From: Candidatus Actinomarinales bacterium
GTDB lineage: Bacteria > Actinomycetota > Acidimicrobiia > Actinomarinales > Actinomarinaceae
Reading direction: 5' to 3'
Assembly (NCBI GenBank): GCA_004214055.1
Contig: SGYT01000002.1
Location: 1 to 57,075, forward strand
DNA length: 57,075 nt
This document shows positions 56,538-57,075 of the stretch, piece after piece. The position numbers and the translations under genes are program-made. The notes below the pieces were generated by a model. That model saw only the letters and a list, made by a program, of their open reading frames with translations, did no database searches and was not told the origin of the DNA. Position 1 is the first letter of the stretch. The number at the start of each line of letters is the position of its first letter.

Positions 56538-56629
56538 AGGGTTGCCCCTCAAGTACCATCGACGCTAGTGGACTTTACTTCCGTGTTCGGAATGGGAACG
56601 GGTGTATCCCCACTGCTATCACCACCGCA
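56514..56629 (-). rRNA. rrf: 5S ribosomal RNA
   Basis: The minus strand reads TGCGGTGGTGATAGCAGTGGGGATACACCCGTTCCCATTCCGAACACGGAAGTAAAGTCCACTAGCGTCGATGGTACTTGAGGGGCAACCCTCTGGGAGAGTAGAACACCGCCGAC. This contains the canonical CCGAACACGGAAG and GGGAGAGTAG blocks with helix I pairing. The ends are +/- 3 nt. Confidence 0.93.
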
Positions 56630-56680
56630 ATTCTTTAAACTTTTTAAATATTCTATAGCAAGCGCGCTTACTCAGCATTC

Positions 56681-57075
<395 letters not shown>

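Overview
This is a very AT-rich window (roughly 30% G+C by eye) that is almost entirely coding. It looks like core chromosome of a genome-streamlined actinobacterium. I infer that from gene order, which matches known Mycobacterium/Corynebacterium blocks: polA-rpsA-coaE-uvrB..uvrA; uvrC-rapZ..pgk-tpiA-secG; trmI..pafB-pafC-tatA-tatC-helY; nadK..pyrG-xerD-scpA-scpB-rluB-cmk-der; pgsA-garA/odhI-ftsR-like MerR-DUF151-MerR.

I call about 65 CDS, two tRNA-Leu genes (one cut by the window edge), a five-gene peptide/nickel-type ABC importer operon, and the 3' end of an rRNA operon (partial 23S plus 5S) on the minus strand. I see no CRISPR array, transposase, phage block or recognisable defence system.

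Observations most worth a second look:
1. A single small lipoprotein gene is bracketed by a 62-bp direct repeat containing the last 24 nt of 5S rRNA plus its terminator. This looks like an att-like scar of cassette insertion at the rrn 3' end.
2. One tRNA-Leu has an A34 anticodon (AAG), which is rare in bacteria.
3. An intact S11 D,D-carboxypeptidase gene has no ATG/GTG/TTG start. An SD-spaced ATT is the only plausible initiator.
4. A TANNNT -10 box sits 6-8 nt upstream of the start codon at about half of the operon-leading genes, which suggests leaderless mRNAs. One case is a 26-bp back-to-back promoter pair.
5. Several syntenic deletions are visible: arc-dop-pup-prcBA-pafA, yvcK-whiA-gap, recN, and the UvrC HhH domain.
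6. The ABC-transporter binding protein is compositionally aberrant (Lys-poor, acidic) and is followed by a highly structured intercistronic region.

All functional calls come from motifs I recognised in the supplied translations. No database search was run.
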